Below, piece after piece: positions 36,201 through 46,269 of a stretch of DNA of 64,000 bases (its first letter is position 1; each line of letters begins with the position of its first letter). This stretch comes from a virus. Lineage: Duplodnaviria; Caudoviricetes. Position numbers and translations under genes: made by a program. The notes beneath the pieces were generated by a model. That model searched no databases and was not told the DNA's origin. It saw only the letters and a list, made by a program, of their open reading frames with translations. The DNA is taken from the IMG/VR virus record IMGVR_UViG_3300021399_000115, positions 32,001 to 96,000 of that record. One strand, given 5' to 3'.

Positions 36201-37442
36201 TTAACGCCTCCATTCTGCAACTGCATTATTTAATTCGTTTATAGCTTTCCTTCTTACGTAATTTCTATTAAATGTAAAGCATCTATTTTCGATATTTCTA
36301 TTATATAAATAATCGATCAGTTCATCATAGTCATTTACACTAATGTCCGGCAATGTAAAAACGTACATCATAATTATTAAATCTTTGACTGTGTATTTTT
36401 TGTTAAGATAGTTTGGATTTACCTCAGATAAAGAATTGAATTTCTTTTGGATATCATTTTTGATGGTTACAACAGCCGAAGTCTCATTCTCAATTTCAAT
36501 TTTTTTAACATAGAAAGAATCAACCACAGCTGCGAAATCTGCTTCTTTAATTAGCCCGTCATTACGAGCAATCATTCCCTGAAGGTTGCTCATTGGGTCT
36601 TCATTCAATCTCTTAACGACTCGGTTCGCAACATTATACTGATTGTAGGAAGCGGAATCAGTCCTTTTCATTTGAGTTTTTTGATCTTTCTGGAAGATAA
36701 ACTGATTTGCTTTTTCCGTAGAATAGTTAACAAATCTGATTTCCATCGGATAATCAAAATCCTTATCAAAGTTATATATCTCTGCCATTCCGAGCCAGCG
36801 GTGATAACCATCAATGATATTGAACTTATCGTTTACCAGGCTATATATCTTGAGGGTGTTATTGCTAAAACTGAATTCCGATCCCTGTGGGATATTGAGT
36901 GTGATGTCGTCTGGGATGTAGCGCCCGGTTTTGAACGCTTCCTTGATCTCCTGGACGGACTTCTTATTTATAAATACTCTCATGATTTCCGTGTTGCCGG
37001 ATTTGATGTGGCGAAATGTTCGCTGTTCGTTCTCATCGTAGTTGATTAATCGAGCGTCCTTCATCGCCATAAGTTCCTGAAATGATGTGCGACCGATCCA
37101 CTGATCCTCGCTTATCTGGATGATATCCTTAAATATGAATGGGAAAGTAATTGTTTTATTTTCTACCTTTTCGCTACTTAGTACTTCTATCTCATTGTCG
37201 GTAAAGTACAACCCAAGGCGACTTCTTTTAATAAAATATAAGAATGCAAATACTTCAAAAGTTGATGCCTCTGCTATGTCTTTTTTGAATGTGAAATAAT
37301 CGGTAGTAGCCTCAATAGGAATATTAAACTTGGAGTAAATCTGTCTATATAACTCCATCTTTTCTTTTCTGTTGGTTATATCCATTAACTTCTCATTTAG
37401 ATAATTATTAAGTTCTGCTCTGCTTGCTTCGCCGTTTATCAT
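36201..37442 (-). CDS. DGQHR/DndB-like (ParB superfamily) protein, YopQ-like
   Basis: INYD...QR, PDDITLN, IIDGYHR. Confidence 0.7.
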   Translation of the reverse strand: MINGEASRAELNNYLNEKLMDITNRKEKMELYRQIYSKFNIPIEATTDYFTFKKDIAEASTFEVFAFLYFIKRSRLGLYFTDNEIEVLSSEKVENKTITFPFIFKDIIQISEDQWIGRTSFQELMAMKDARLINYDENEQRTFRHIKSGNTEIMRVFINKKSVQEIKEAFKTGRYIPDDITLNIPQGSEFSFSNNTLKIYSLVNDKFNIIDGYHRWLGMAEIYNFDKDFDYPMEIRFVNYSTEKANQFIFQKDQKTQMKRTDSASYNQYNVANRVVKRLNEDPMSNLQGMIARNDGLIKEADFAAVVDSFYVKKIEIENETSAVVTIKNDIQKKFNSLSEVNPNYLNKKYTVKDLIIMMYVFTLPDISVNDYDELIDYLYNRNIENRCFTFNRNYVRRKAINELNNAVAEWRR

Positions 37443-37503
37443 AATTGGTCTCCTTTCTCTTATTTAATAATACAACATAATGGTATTGGTTGCAAGTGCA
37501 TTT

Positions 37504-38466
37504 TTATTCATCATCAATGATATTTCCAAGGAAATTACCCATAAGTGTAGCTGCCTTCTGGGAGGCGGTATTTTTCTGACCACGAATATAGATTTCTGTT
37601 GTTTTAGGAGATGCATGCCCCATACATTCCTGAGTAAGATACAGATCTTTTGTCTTTGCATACAATTCAGTGCCAAAAGTTCCACGAAGTTTGTGTGGTG
37701 TTTTTCCCGTATATTTCTCCACCATAGATACAATAGATGTGGTAGACAGTCTATTATGTCTTTTAGAGATAAATGCCGCCGGCTCACTAGTTACCATAGT
37801 CTCCCTATATTTAAACCACTCTTTTACACTGGCAATCGTAGATTCCGGACAATAGATTTTACGATTTTTATCTCCTTTTTCCGCAACAGTTATTGAATTA
37901 TCCTCAAAATTAAAATCCTTTACATCAAGTTTATACAGAGCCGCACGACGAATTCCGGTACCGAGAAACACCGCAAGGATTGCCTTATTTCTTGCTTTCT
38001 GCCAATCCGGATCATCGGACTCGTTAACCATACGAAACGCATTAGCACATTGTCTCTTGGTAAGAAATCCATTTTCCCTCTTGTCAATCTGTTCCTGAGT
38101 TTCAATTGGTTTCGGTCTTTCCACGAACTGCATATAGTCCTTTGTATTAAGTTCGTTTGCATATAAATATTTTGACAACTTTTTCATAGCCGCATATGAT
38201 GTGATTCTATTGGAAGAAGAATAATCCTTTAGTGTTGCCAGATGTCTTACATAGTTCTCCAATTTAATTTCCGAGGGATCGGCAATTTCTTCCTCATCTA
38301 AAAATCTAATTGCCTTATACACATAGTTCCATGCGGACGTATATGTCATATTAGTCAACAGATAATAATAGAATCCAGTCAAGAACTTGTAACCACTTTT
38401 TTCAATTTTTCTAAGTGCAAGCTGTTCGTAATTTTTATCGTACTGTTTCTTTCCCATTTCGCTCAT
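37504..38466 (-). CDS. tyrosine recombinase/integrase
   Basis: RNKAI..TGIR, EKG.K.R, HKLR, GH, Y: full catalytic set. Confidence 0.92.
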   Translation of the reverse strand: MSEMGKKQYDKNYEQLALRKIEKSGYKFLTGFYYYLLTNMTYTSAWNYVYKAIRFLDEEEIADPSEIKLENYVRHLATLKDYSSSNRITSYAAMKKLSKYLYANELNTKDYMQFVERPKPIETQEQIDKRENGFLTKRQCANAFRMVNESDDPDWQKARNKAILAVFLGTGIRRAALYKLDVKDFNFEDNSITVAEKGDKNRKIYCPESTIASVKEWFKYRETMVTSEPAAFISKRHNRLSTTSIVSMVEKYTGKTPHKLRGTFGTELYAKTKDLYLTQECMGHASPKTTEIYIRGQKNTASQKAATLMGNFLGNIIDDE

Positions 38467-38696
38467 GATATCACCTCTTCCAAATTTTCTACAATTTCTT
38501 CCAATGATGAGAGTACATCTTCCAATATACCTATTGCTTCTTCTGACTGCTCACCGCGCTCACTGCACTGGAGACCTTCCGGCATATTATCAAATGCGTC
38601 CTGTTCTTCATTTAATATATCTTCGAGTTCGCTTGTTACTTTGTCATTAATAATGTTAATTACCGCACTGATTTTTGCTCTTCTTGCTTTATTCAT
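38463..38696 (-). CDS. small acidic helical protein
   Basis: MNKARR...EEQDAFDNMPEGLQ.SERGE. Confidence 0.7.
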   Translation of the reverse strand: MNKARRAKISAVINIINDKVTSELEDILNEEQDAFDNMPEGLQCSERGEQSEEAIGILEDVLSSLEEIVENLEEVIS

Positions 38697-38711
38697 AGCA
38701 TTCTCTCCTTA

Positions 38712-38879
38712 TTAATAATTGTTTTCTATAAATTTGCCTTCTGCTTTACAAAACGGACACCACAAATCTTTGATATGGTTTTTCTCGCGTTTATATCCTT
38801 TACTTCTCATAATTGGAAACTGTTTTCCGCATTCACTACATTTAAGATATGATGTAAACATATTAGTTCGTTTTCGCAT
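38712..38879 (-). CDS. basic zinc-ribbon protein resembling ribosomal protein bL33
   Basis: Manual: GAGGTG RBS, MRKRTNMFTSYLKCSECGKQFPI...HIKDLWCPFCK (55 aa). Confidence 0.6.
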   Translation of the reverse strand: MRKRTNMFTSYLKCSECGKQFPIMRSKGYKREKNHIKDLWCPFCKAEGKFIENNY

Positions 38880-38890
38880 AACACCTCACC

Positions 38891-39496
38891 TCACTTTATT
38901 GTTTTATCAAATTTTTCATCAGCATAACTACCAAACAACCAATTATCATGAAACCAATATCCACCTTTTAAAGCCACGGTATAAATCATATTATAAAAAT
39001 ATGGTGTGCTCCATGTAACGTAATACTTTCTGTCTTCTTCTTTTTCTACTATCTGTTTCCTATCAAAATATCCTTGTTTTACTTCCTTAACTCCTTCCTT
39101 ATACGGAATAATAACTTTTGCAAATCTAAGATTGTTATCAATCGCCTCTTGAAGCCAAACAGCATCGTTTTCTGCTTTCGCTTCTTCTATTTCTCGCTTG
39201 ATTTTATCTTGTTCAGAAGCGTATTTCTCTCTTGATGGGACATAAATCACACATCCTGTTTTAGCATTTACCCATGCGGTAGTGTTCTTTATACCAGTTA
39301 CCGGATCAGTGAAAAATTCTCGTCTAACTCTTTTCCCCGTTACAGTATCATAATAATTTCCATTACGCCATTCAATTCTATCCGGAAGTCCAGCGTTCAT
39401 AGCCGGAGTTATTTTAGCCGTCTTTGCCGCATCCTTGATTAAATTTCCTCCGAGCCAACCTACTGCCAAAAATGCTCCTAAAATTCCCATAATCAT
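38891..39496 (-). CDS. membrane-anchored hypothetical protein
   Basis: N-terminal TM. Confidence 0.65.
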   Translation of the reverse strand: MIMGILGAFLAVGWLGGNLIKDAAKTAKITPAMNAGLPDRIEWRNGNYYDTVTGKRVRREFFTDPVTGIKNTTAWVNAKTGCVIYVPSREKYASEQDKIKREIEEAKAENDAVWLQEAIDNNLRFAKVIIPYKEGVKEVKQGYFDRKQIVEKEEDRKYYVTWSTPYFYNMIYTVALKGGYWFHDNWLFGSYADEKFDKTIK

Positions 39497-39678
39497 TTTT
39501 CCTTTCTTATAATATTATCTCAATGCGCCAAGGATTCCGGCAGCCAGTGTACCACAAACAAACACAAGTATTGGGCCAGCAGAACTACCGTCGGTTGTCA
39601 AGCGAACTCCAGCATAAATTCCAAATAAACAAATGATTACAATTAACATCAGAAACGCTCCCATAATACCAACCTCCC

Positions 39679-40215
39679 TTACGCTGCCGCAATCTTCATA
39701 CGCTTCTCAAAAGTTGCTTTGTACTTGATAAATGCTTCTACCTCATTATACCCAATTGCATTCATGATTTCAATGCGTTCATCCTCATCCAGAATCCTGG
39801 TTACTTTAATATCGGAAGTAATAACCCAAACTCCCTTACCTACCTCACGGAAAAAATAGTATCCGTTATCGGGAACTTTATCTGTAAAACACTTTTTGGG
39901 TAATTCACTTACTTCCTTATTATAGTCGGTGCTTGCATTGTACTTGACCTCACACCAAACTCGCTTACCAGACTTCCAACGAGGCTTGTAATAACCGGTA
40001 TCCGTCCCATCATAGGACTTTAACCACGGAGCATCCGGAACATCTGCACCAATATGCCAACCGCCCCTCGCTGCAAATCCCTTGGTCGGATGAAATTCGG
40101 CTTTCATCCACGTATTGAACGGCACCGGCGTGTTTTTGTCGATAAACAGTGGAAATAATTCACCTTGCTCATTCATCTCAAAAAGCTTGTAACCAGTCGC
40201 CGTTTTTGTAATCAT
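39679..40215 (-). CDS. hypothetical phage protein
   Basis: GYKLF..L.PLF..RGGWH; start placed downstream of promoter. Confidence 0.7.
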   Translation of the reverse strand: MITKTATGYKLFEMNEQGELFPLFIDKNTPVPFNTWMKAEFHPTKGFAARGGWHIGADVPDAPWLKSYDGTDTGYYKPRWKSGKRVWCEVKYNASTDYNKEVSELPKKCFTDKVPDNGYYFFREVGKGVWVITSDIKVTRILDEDERIEIMNAIGYNEVEAFIKYKATFEKRMKIAAA

Positions 40216-40234
40216 ATTATTTTTTTCGCCCATC

Positions 40235-40263
40235 ATATTACCACATTCCTTTCTATTTGTCAA
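40235..40263 (-). promoter_or_regulatory. sigma-A type promoter
   Basis: TTGACA-17-TAATAT; TTAATWATTAA box at 40272. Confidence 0.7.
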
Positions 40264-40282
40264 TACCTTATTTAATAATTAA

Positions 40283-41083
40283 TCAAATGTGTCGAGTGTT
40301 CTCTTCGCTTTCCACTAGGGCAACGAACTCATTCCAAAGCGGATCCGCTTTCGGATTGTAGCTAGAACCATGCTCAAGAAACAGCACATGCTTCAGATCC
40401 TGACAAGCTCGGCAGCTGTCGCAATGCTGTTCGCCGTCAACCGCACATCTGCAAATATGCGTTTCAATTCCGGCGGATCTCAATGCCTTGTACATTTCCA
40501 TCACATGATCGCAATGACCATAATTCAGACCAAACCCAGGCACCAGACTCTTGACAATGTTGAATCCCTCAACATCATCAAATGCGTTCTCGGCAACGGG
40601 GTTCTTGGTGTATGCCCACATACGAGTGGACGGGCAGTTAGCCTTAATACGTTTCCACATAGCAATGTATTCCTCGGAGAAGAAATCTCCGGTGATGTGA
40701 ACACGAACAAAGTCAAGCGGTTTTCCGTATTTACCCCAGTTAATCTGAGCGGTGATAGCATTCTCAAGCCAGTCCATATGCTGACGAGCAGCTACTGTTC
40801 TCCAGGCATTTGCGTTGTAAACACCGCTCATTGCATATCTACCGGAGCAACCGTAGCAATGTTCACACTGAAGAGGGCAAGTTCCTTTCATAGTGCAAGA
40901 TTTGCCGTTGAATTCAACGTGCCATTCTTTTGTACCGGCCAGTGTGCTCCATCCATAGCAATGAGTCTTGGATCCCCATGTGAGCGGAAGGGATACCCAC
41001 TGTCCCCACGGTGCAAGGATTTTGTTGCCTTTAGTTCTGTACTCGATACCATAGCTTCCAAAGAATTCTTTCTTTCTCATCAT
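40283..41083 (-). CDS. Gp88-like radical-SAM-related protein
   Basis: TCPLQCEHCY, VRVHITGDFFS..Y, WAYTK, C-terminal Cys cluster. Confidence 0.75.
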   Translation of the reverse strand: MMRKKEFFGSYGIEYRTKGNKILAPWGQWVSLPLTWGSKTHCYGWSTLAGTKEWHVEFNGKSCTMKGTCPLQCEHCYGCSGRYAMSGVYNANAWRTVAARQHMDWLENAITAQINWGKYGKPLDFVRVHITGDFFSEEYIAMWKRIKANCPSTRMWAYTKNPVAENAFDDVEGFNIVKSLVPGFGLNYGHCDHVMEMYKALRSAGIETHICRCAVDGEQHCDSCRACQDLKHVLFLEHGSSYNPKADPLWNEFVALVESEENTRHI

Positions 41084-41137
41084 TATACGCACACTCCTTA
41101 ATAATTAATTGATAATGGATTTTTGTTTTCTCTATAT

Positions 41138-41168
41138 AAAAAGGAACCAGCCGAAGCCAGTTCCTTTT
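41138..41168. terminator. intrinsic terminator ending the early array
   Basis: AAAAAGGAAC...GTTCCTTTT hairpin with A/T tails. Confidence 0.6.
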
Positions 41169-41172
41169 GTTG

Positions 41173-41460
41173 TTAGCTATTGATTATGCTACGTACAGCA
41201 CGGGGGTTGTTCTCATTGTATGGAATTACCTTAATCACATTATGTTCAAGATTCCATTTGGATATTGTCACGGGGTACGGAGCAGATGTTTTCCATCCGC
41301 GAGGATTCATATGGGGAAGTACCTCACATAAATACCAGGTAGAATATTCTGCCTTGACAACAATCGGCAGATAGATATCTTTGTAGGTATCCGTCCCCAT
41401 GAAGTAGTCAAGTTTCGCTCTTGCTTTCTGATTAACTCTCAGTGTTTTTAATAATTTCAT
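41173..41460 (-). CDS. hypothetical protein
   Basis: GAGGAGG RBS. Confidence 0.6.
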   Translation of the reverse strand: MKLLKTLRVNQKARAKLDYFMGTDTYKDIYLPIVVKAEYSTWYLCEVLPHMNPRGWKTSAPYPVTISKWNLEHNVIKVIPYNENNPRAVRSIINS

Positions 41461-41479
41461 TTATCTTCCTCCTCAGTAA

Positions 41480-41719
41480 TTATTTTCTATTCCTCAAGTA
41501 AATGTTTGTGTACTTCTTATATAATGTCTTCGCTTTTACCTTGTTGCCCATAGGATAAGACCGGTGAGTTTCCTTATAGTCTACATAATCCGATGTTTCA
41601 TAAACATGAACCACATATACCGTTGCTCCGTAGTGTTTGCCAACCATCAATTCACACACCATTTTCCCGTCTGTAGTTGCGCAAGATTCTATTGTCTTGG
41701 TCATTGTATCACGCTCCAT
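41480..41719 (-). CDS. hypothetical protein
   Basis: ORF in array. Confidence 0.55.
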   Translation of the reverse strand: MERDTMTKTIESCATTDGKMVCELMVGKHYGATVYVVHVYETSDYVDYKETHRSYPMGNKVKAKTLYKKYTNIYLRNRK

Positions 41720-41876
41720 TCTTTAATAATCACTGTTCAATAGCTACGCAAGACCACTCTGGATGAGCGGCGAGAATTGCCTCTACATGATCATCGCCCT
41801 GGAGTGTATCAACCCAAAACATTACGCAGCCGATTTCGTCTACAATCGCGGTTCTGAATTCCATTTGTACCCCTCC

Positions 41877-42041
41877 TTAATCGACAACACATACATCATA
41901 ATCAGTACCCCAGCACATACCATCATTATCATCGTCCTTTTCATCTCTGGCACATGCAATCTTTTTCGCTTCTTCTTCGTTTTCTGCTTCAACGAAATAA
42001 CGGTGTTTTTCTTTATAGGTTATTACTACTTCGTACTTCAT
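41877..42041 (-). CDS. small acidic protein
   Basis: MKYEVVI...VEAENEEEA; GGAG RBS. Confidence 0.6.
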   Translation of the reverse strand: MKYEVVITYKEKHRYFVEAENEEEAKKIACARDEKDDDNDGMCWGTDYDVCVVD

Positions 42042-42045
42042 ATTA

Positions 42046-42387
42046 TCATCTCCATTCTTCATCATCATAGTCATCAGCTTCTTCAATAGACACAATTCTA
42101 AGTTCGTCCTTCGCCCAGTCGAGAGCATCATCCATAGCCACTTCCTTATTGGTTGCATCAACAATGTACTCTTCGTCACAACCTACAAAGCCAAAGTTAA
42201 CCGTGACTCTGTAGTCCTTAACGAATGAATCATCGTCATCATCTACATCAACAGAAATGACGTCGAGGTTTTCACTTGCAAGATATAAGGCGATTTCCTT
42301 TGCCTTGTTTTCGTTGTCAGCTTCCACATAAAACTCGTCATCTGCTCCGAGAAAACTGAAATTTACTACTACTCTGTAATTCTTCAT
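42046..42387 (-). CDS. very acidic protein with internal duplication
   Basis: two copies of YRVxVNF(x)FxGxDxExxVxAxNxxxA. Confidence 0.7.
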   Translation of the reverse strand: MKNYRVVVNFSFLGADDEFYVEADNENKAKEIALYLASENLDVISVDVDDDDDSFVKDYRVTVNFGFVGCDEEYIVDATNKEVAMDDALDWAKDELRIVSIEEADDYDDEEWR

Positions 42388-42407
42388 ATTGTCGTTCTCC
42401 TTTGTAT

Positions 42408-42701
42408 TTAATATTTCATTTTCTCTACGACTACGTATTCATCACCGTAAAGTTCTTTTAATCCATTAACTACCTCGGCAGCTTCCAGTGTATTCTTATG
42501 GATAATCCTACATTTATAAAAATAACTCACTGCACCGGCTGTATACGGCTCATGCCACCAATGACCGTGACTATCTTTCCAGATGCTAACACAACCCCAT
42601 AGCCCGTTTCCCTCGTATGATTCGGGGAATATGCATAAGTACTTCCAAATCTTCATATACGGATCATACTCTCTACGGATGATTACCTTCTCTATACTCA
42701 T
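42408..42701 (-). CDS. hypothetical protein
   Basis: GGAGATGATAGT-ATG leader. Confidence 0.65.
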   Translation of the reverse strand: MSIEKVIIRREYDPYMKIWKYLCIFPESYEGNGLWGCVSIWKDSHGHWWHEPYTAGAVSYFYKCRIIHKNTLEAAEVVNGLKELYGDEYVVVEKMKY

Positions 42702-42728
42702 ACTATCATCTCCAATCAAACTTGATCT

Positions 42729-43148
42729 TTATTCTACGTAAAACTCCATCCTTAATGACCTGCTGTCAAAATCACTAAACATATCTTTAGGAAGGACAAT
42801 TTCATAATCTCCAGCCTTGGTATAAATCCGATCTCCTTTAATATAAACTTCCCTTCCTCGAGACCATATTCTACCAATATCATTCCAGATTTTGTCTATA
42901 ACTTCCTCTGGGAATCTATGATAATATTTTGTATCCAAATCCACGGTAGCATGAGGAATAATGATTTTCTTTATATGATATCCCATCAGCTCAAGACCTT
43001 TAATAATATTCTTGATTTGTTTGATATCATAACCTTTTTCTTCATAGACATATCCATTCTGGTATGTCTCGCTTCTCAATGTGATATTATCAATATCCGC
43101 AATTACTGGCTTTTTATTAAGCAAGTAATTATTAAAATAAACTTTCAT
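42729..43148 (-). CDS. hypothetical protein
   Basis: GGAGATGATAGT-ATG leader; AT-rich. Confidence 0.65.
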   Translation of the reverse strand: MKVYFNNYLLNKKPVIADIDNITLRSETYQNGYVYEEKGYDIKQIKNIIKGLELMGYHIKKIIIPHATVDLDTKYYHRFPEEVIDKIWNDIGRIWSRGREVYIKGDRIYTKAGDYEIVLPKDMFSDFDSRSLRMEFYVE

Positions 43149-43175
43149 ACTATCATCTCCTATCAAACGTGTTTT

Positions 43176-43586
43176 TTATTTAATTTCATTTCTAATTATG
43201 TTCAATATTTCTTTTCTATATTTTTCATAATACATATCCAGATAATATTCCATTTCTTCATCATTTTTAACCAGCTCAGTCAGCTTGTACATTTTGCCCT
43301 GGTTTATAAAATGACATGAACTTACATACCATTCATTATCATCAATATTGAATCCATAACAAAATTCCATGAATATATCTTTTTTTGGTATTTTGAAATA
43401 ATCATTTACAGATACACAACCACCCATATCAAGTTCCGCAAGAACATCAATTTTATTGAGCAATTCATATTTCGTCTTGATGTTGAATAACTCAATACCA
43501 AGTGATTCTAAATGTGAATCACAATGATGATATCCATATTTAACCATCCCATCTTTAATAATTCCCACATAAGATCTTGTTGACAT
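43176..43586 (-). CDS. hypothetical protein
   Basis: MSTRS..G...Y.H.D.H. Confidence 0.65.
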   Translation of the reverse strand: MSTRSYVGIIKDGMVKYGYHHCDSHLESLGIELFNIKTKYELLNKIDVLAELDMGGCVSVNDYFKIPKKDIFMEFCYGFNIDDNEWYVSSCHFINQGKMYKLTELVKNDEEMEYYLDMYYEKYRKEILNIIRNEIK

Positions 43587-43603
43587 ATAATTCTCTCCCT
43601 TCA

Positions 43604-43825
43604 TCAAAACTGTGTAATGCCTTCACGCAACTCAATCATCTTAACCTTCATGCCAAGTTTTTCTTCGTATTTATTAACTAAGTTTCCATGATAACCAATA
43701 AACAGCCCAGGGTATTTAGTAATCAGATACAACGTGTTTTCTTCTACATGAAATACTGTTGTGTCTTTATAAACACTGCTAAGACAAAGTGCTTCACTTT
43801 TCCATTGCTGGATAATATCTGTCAT
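43604..43825 (-). CDS. small protein with KH-like PGxxIG motif
   Basis: TKYPGLFIGYHG. Confidence 0.6.
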   Translation of the reverse strand: MTDIIQQWKSEALCLSSVYKDTTVFHVEENTLYLITKYPGLFIGYHGNLVNKYEEKLGMKVKMIELREGITQF

Positions 43826-43855
43826 ATTATCGTCTCCCTTCATCAAACGTGTCTT

Positions 43856-44017
43856 TTATTTCTGATATAATTCTTTATGTAATTCATTGTAATTATTGCT
43901 GCTTCTTACAAAGTTTCCATCTTTATCAATTAAGACGTAATAAATATTTCCAAACTTATCTTCGCTTCTTATAATTTCTCCGTAGTTTTTTCTTTTTGTT
44001 ATCAATCTTGTTATCAT
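43856..44017 (-). CDS. small hypothetical protein (53 aa)
   Basis: Manual; lies exactly between two junction sites. Confidence 0.55.
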   Translation of the reverse strand: MITRLITKRKNYGEIIRSEDKFGNIYYVLIDKDGNFVRSSNNYNELHKELYQK

Positions 44018-44044
44018 ATTATTCTCCCTTCATCAAAGCTGGTT

Positions 44045-44239
44045 TTATTTCCATCTAAACCCAGTTCTGCTTCGCTGCGTTCTACTGAGTCTTCCATACT
44101 CAGTATTGAATTCTTCTTTAAACTTCTGAAGCTGCCTATACATCTGCTCTTCAGATTCACAAAGTCTCATTCTTTCTGCCATCGTCTGAAATTCTCCAGC
44201 CCAATCTAAGTTTGTTCTCAGCTCTATTTCTTTTGGCAT
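44045..44239 (-). CDS. hypothetical protein
   Basis: ORF in array. Confidence 0.55.
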   Translation of the reverse strand: MPKEIELRTNLDWAGEFQTMAERMRLCESEEQMYRQLQKFKEEFNTEYGRLSRTQRSRTGFRWK

Positions 44240-44253
44240 GTTATCACTTCCCT

Positions 44254-44406
44254 TCATTTCGCCTTGTAACTATCAATAATGTTTTTATATTCCACCAATA
44301 AATCCCTTACTTCTCCGACTGCTTTTGCAAGTTTTTCATCAGGATATTTCATAGCAGCTTCATATAATTTCTGCATCACTTCCTGGTATTCTCTTACGTT
44401 TTTCAT
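44254..44406 (-). CDS. small hypothetical protein (50 aa)
   Basis: Manual: MKNVREYQEV...; GGAG RBS. Confidence 0.55.
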   Translation of the reverse strand: MKNVREYQEVMQKLYEAAMKYPDEKLAKAVGEVRDLLVEYKNIIDSYKAK

Positions 44407-44433
44407 TACATCATCTCCATTCAAAGTTAATTT

Positions 44434-44754
44434 TTATTCGTACACTCTATAGTTCTGCCGACCATGCTTAAATCCGTTAAAATCAATGTAGTTTTCCATC
44501 CATTTACAAGCATCATCGAATGATGTGAAATAATTGTTACTAAACTTTCCGTTATGCCACTCTTCCCATCTCACTTTCTTTCTTCCAGTCCTTGTGCGTT
44601 CTACGAATTTGAAAATTGCAAACTCAGTTCCGTCTGGCAGACTATAAAAAGCTCGATCAACACATGCAACCTCACCAAGTTCCCAATCATTTTCACCCCA
44701 TGTGCCAGGAGTAAATTCTATTTTCAGTTTATATTTCGGATAATCGTATTTCAT
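44434..44754 (-). CDS. hypothetical protein
   Basis: GGAGGT RBS. Confidence 0.65.
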   Translation of the reverse strand: MKYDYPKYKLKIEFTPGTWGENDWELGEVACVDRAFYSLPDGTEFAIFKFVERTRTGRKKVRWEEWHNGKFSNNYFTSFDDACKWMENYIDFNGFKHGRQNYRVYE

Positions 44755-44767
44755 GTAACCACCTCCG

Positions 44768-44998
44768 TTAGTTAATCAACATATCATGCAGTGCATCTCT
44801 ACACTCTTCATCCGTGAGTTCCCTTATCTGGTCGCGACCGTACACAAAATTGCCATGTTTATTATGGACGGTATAATCATACGTGCCGTTATCATAGCGG
44901 TATATTTTGCTTATAACGCCGATTTCACCATAAACATGGGTGTTATAGCAACCGTCCGGCATGTCAACAATTACCTTTACTAATGAGCCTATTGACAT
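44768..44998 (-). CDS. small SH3-like protein
   Basis: IGSLVKV...GEIGVI. Confidence 0.6.
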   Translation of the reverse strand: MSIGSLVKVIVDMPDGCYNTHVYGEIGVISKIYRYDNGTYDYTVHNKHGNFVYGRDQIRELTDEECRDALHDMLIN

Positions 44999-45016
44999 TT
45001 TGCTATTCTCCTCTCT

Positions 45017-45289
45017 TTAAACAATCTCAACTACCTTGCCAACCCTTGCGTTTTCAAAGTATCCATCACTTATCTGCCCTTCCATTTCCTCGTCGCATTC
45101 TTCCCAGGTGTTACGAGTAATGTGAATAAGTGAATAATCATGTGTACCGGTTTTATCGAAGTTATCGGCCTCGAAAATCCGAACACCGTCTGCCTTATTT
45201 GACCAATCCCACTTGACTGATGGGCCAAAACTTTCACGCTGCCGATGACCATCCGCACCGTATACTTTCCATGTACGAGTTATTGCCAT
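45017..45289 (-). CDS. hypothetical protein
   Basis: WKVYG.DGHRQRES...GQISDG.FEN. Confidence 0.65.
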   Translation of the reverse strand: MAITRTWKVYGADGHRQRESFGPSVKWDWSNKADGVRIFEADNFDKTGTHDYSLIHITRNTWEECDEEMEGQISDGYFENARVGKVVEIV

Positions 45290-45478
45290 AGAATCATCTC
45301 CCTTCATCAAACCTATCTTTCATCGTAGATAACCTTGCGACCTTCTTTAATTACAATTCTGTAATTCTCTTTGTGCTTGTATTTATCGAAGTATTCCAGA
45401 TTGTTGCTACCTTCCTTTCTATGGAATGCACCGTTCCAGTTGTTATAAACATACATCGTATACTTGTATTTCACTAAA

Positions 45479-45649
45479 TCACCTCGCTTTAATCGCAAAT
45501 CCTACAATTCTAAATGGGACGGTATGATCATAATGCTTCTTAAACTTTTCAATACCATCATGTGCTTCTGCTTCTGTCTTATATTCACTGCCGATTGTTA
45601 CTTCCCAATCTTTTTTCCCGTTTGTCAAAAACGCAATTGCTTTATACAT
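45479..45649 (-). CDS. small hypothetical protein
   Basis: GAGG RBS, MYKAIAF. Confidence 0.5.
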   Translation of the reverse strand: MYKAIAFLTNGKKDWEVTIGSEYKTEAEAHDGIEKFKKHYDHTVPFRIVGFAIKAR

Positions 45650-45668
45650 ATTTTTAACCTCTCTTTCA

Positions 45669-45854
45669 TTACATCCAGTAATCAATTGCCTCGTCATCGT
45701 CCAAGCGCAAAGTGTTAATCTCTTTTTCAATTGCAAACACATTTCCGCGAGGAAAGTGTTTCTGTAAATCTTCCTTTGCCTGGTCGATGAACTCTGCTTC
45801 AAATAAGCCGTAATTATAAGTGAATCGACCGATTGTAATAAATAATTCGTACAC
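45669..45854 (-). CDS. small hypothetical protein
   Basis: GAGGTG RBS, GTG start. Confidence 0.55.
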   Translation of the reverse strand: MYELFITIGRFTYNYGLFEAEFIDQAKEDLQKHFPRGNVFAIEKEINTLRLDDDEAIDYWM

Positions 45855-46065
45855 CTATATCACCTCACATTCATGCGGTTCCCATTGCTCTATACACTTC
45901 ATCATATGTAGAGTTCGTGATTTTCGCTACAAATTCACACGCTGCTACGGTGTCCATGTATAATTTCCCGCGCTCCGTTGAGAGTTCTTTTAATGCGTTA
46001 ATAAGTTCTTCATAAGTAAACGTAAATTCTTTCATACTACCATCTCCTTTTAAATAACCGTTTTA

Positions 46066-46269
46066 TTAGTGATAAAACCCATACAAACATCTGAGTTCTT
46101 CCAACATGTCATCATCATCGGCAAGACTCACCTTGTAAGCCGGAATATCATACTGCTCATGTCCAATATCCTGGATTGTGATGATGTCGTTATTAATTTC
46201 CATTACAACGCCCATATAGTAGGCATCGTCCGATTTATCCCAGAATGTTACAATATCGCCCGTCTGCAT
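46066..46269 (-). CDS. small acidic protein
   Basis: between junction sites. Confidence 0.6.
   Translation of the reverse strand: MQTGDIVTFWDKSDDAYYMGVVMEINNDIITIQDIGHEQYDIPAYKVSLADDDDMLEELRCLYGFYH

Noticed and set aside
37400-38700. Prophage attachment site next to the recombinase
   Set aside because: Phage-type genes continue on both sides and no host genes or att core repeat were seen.
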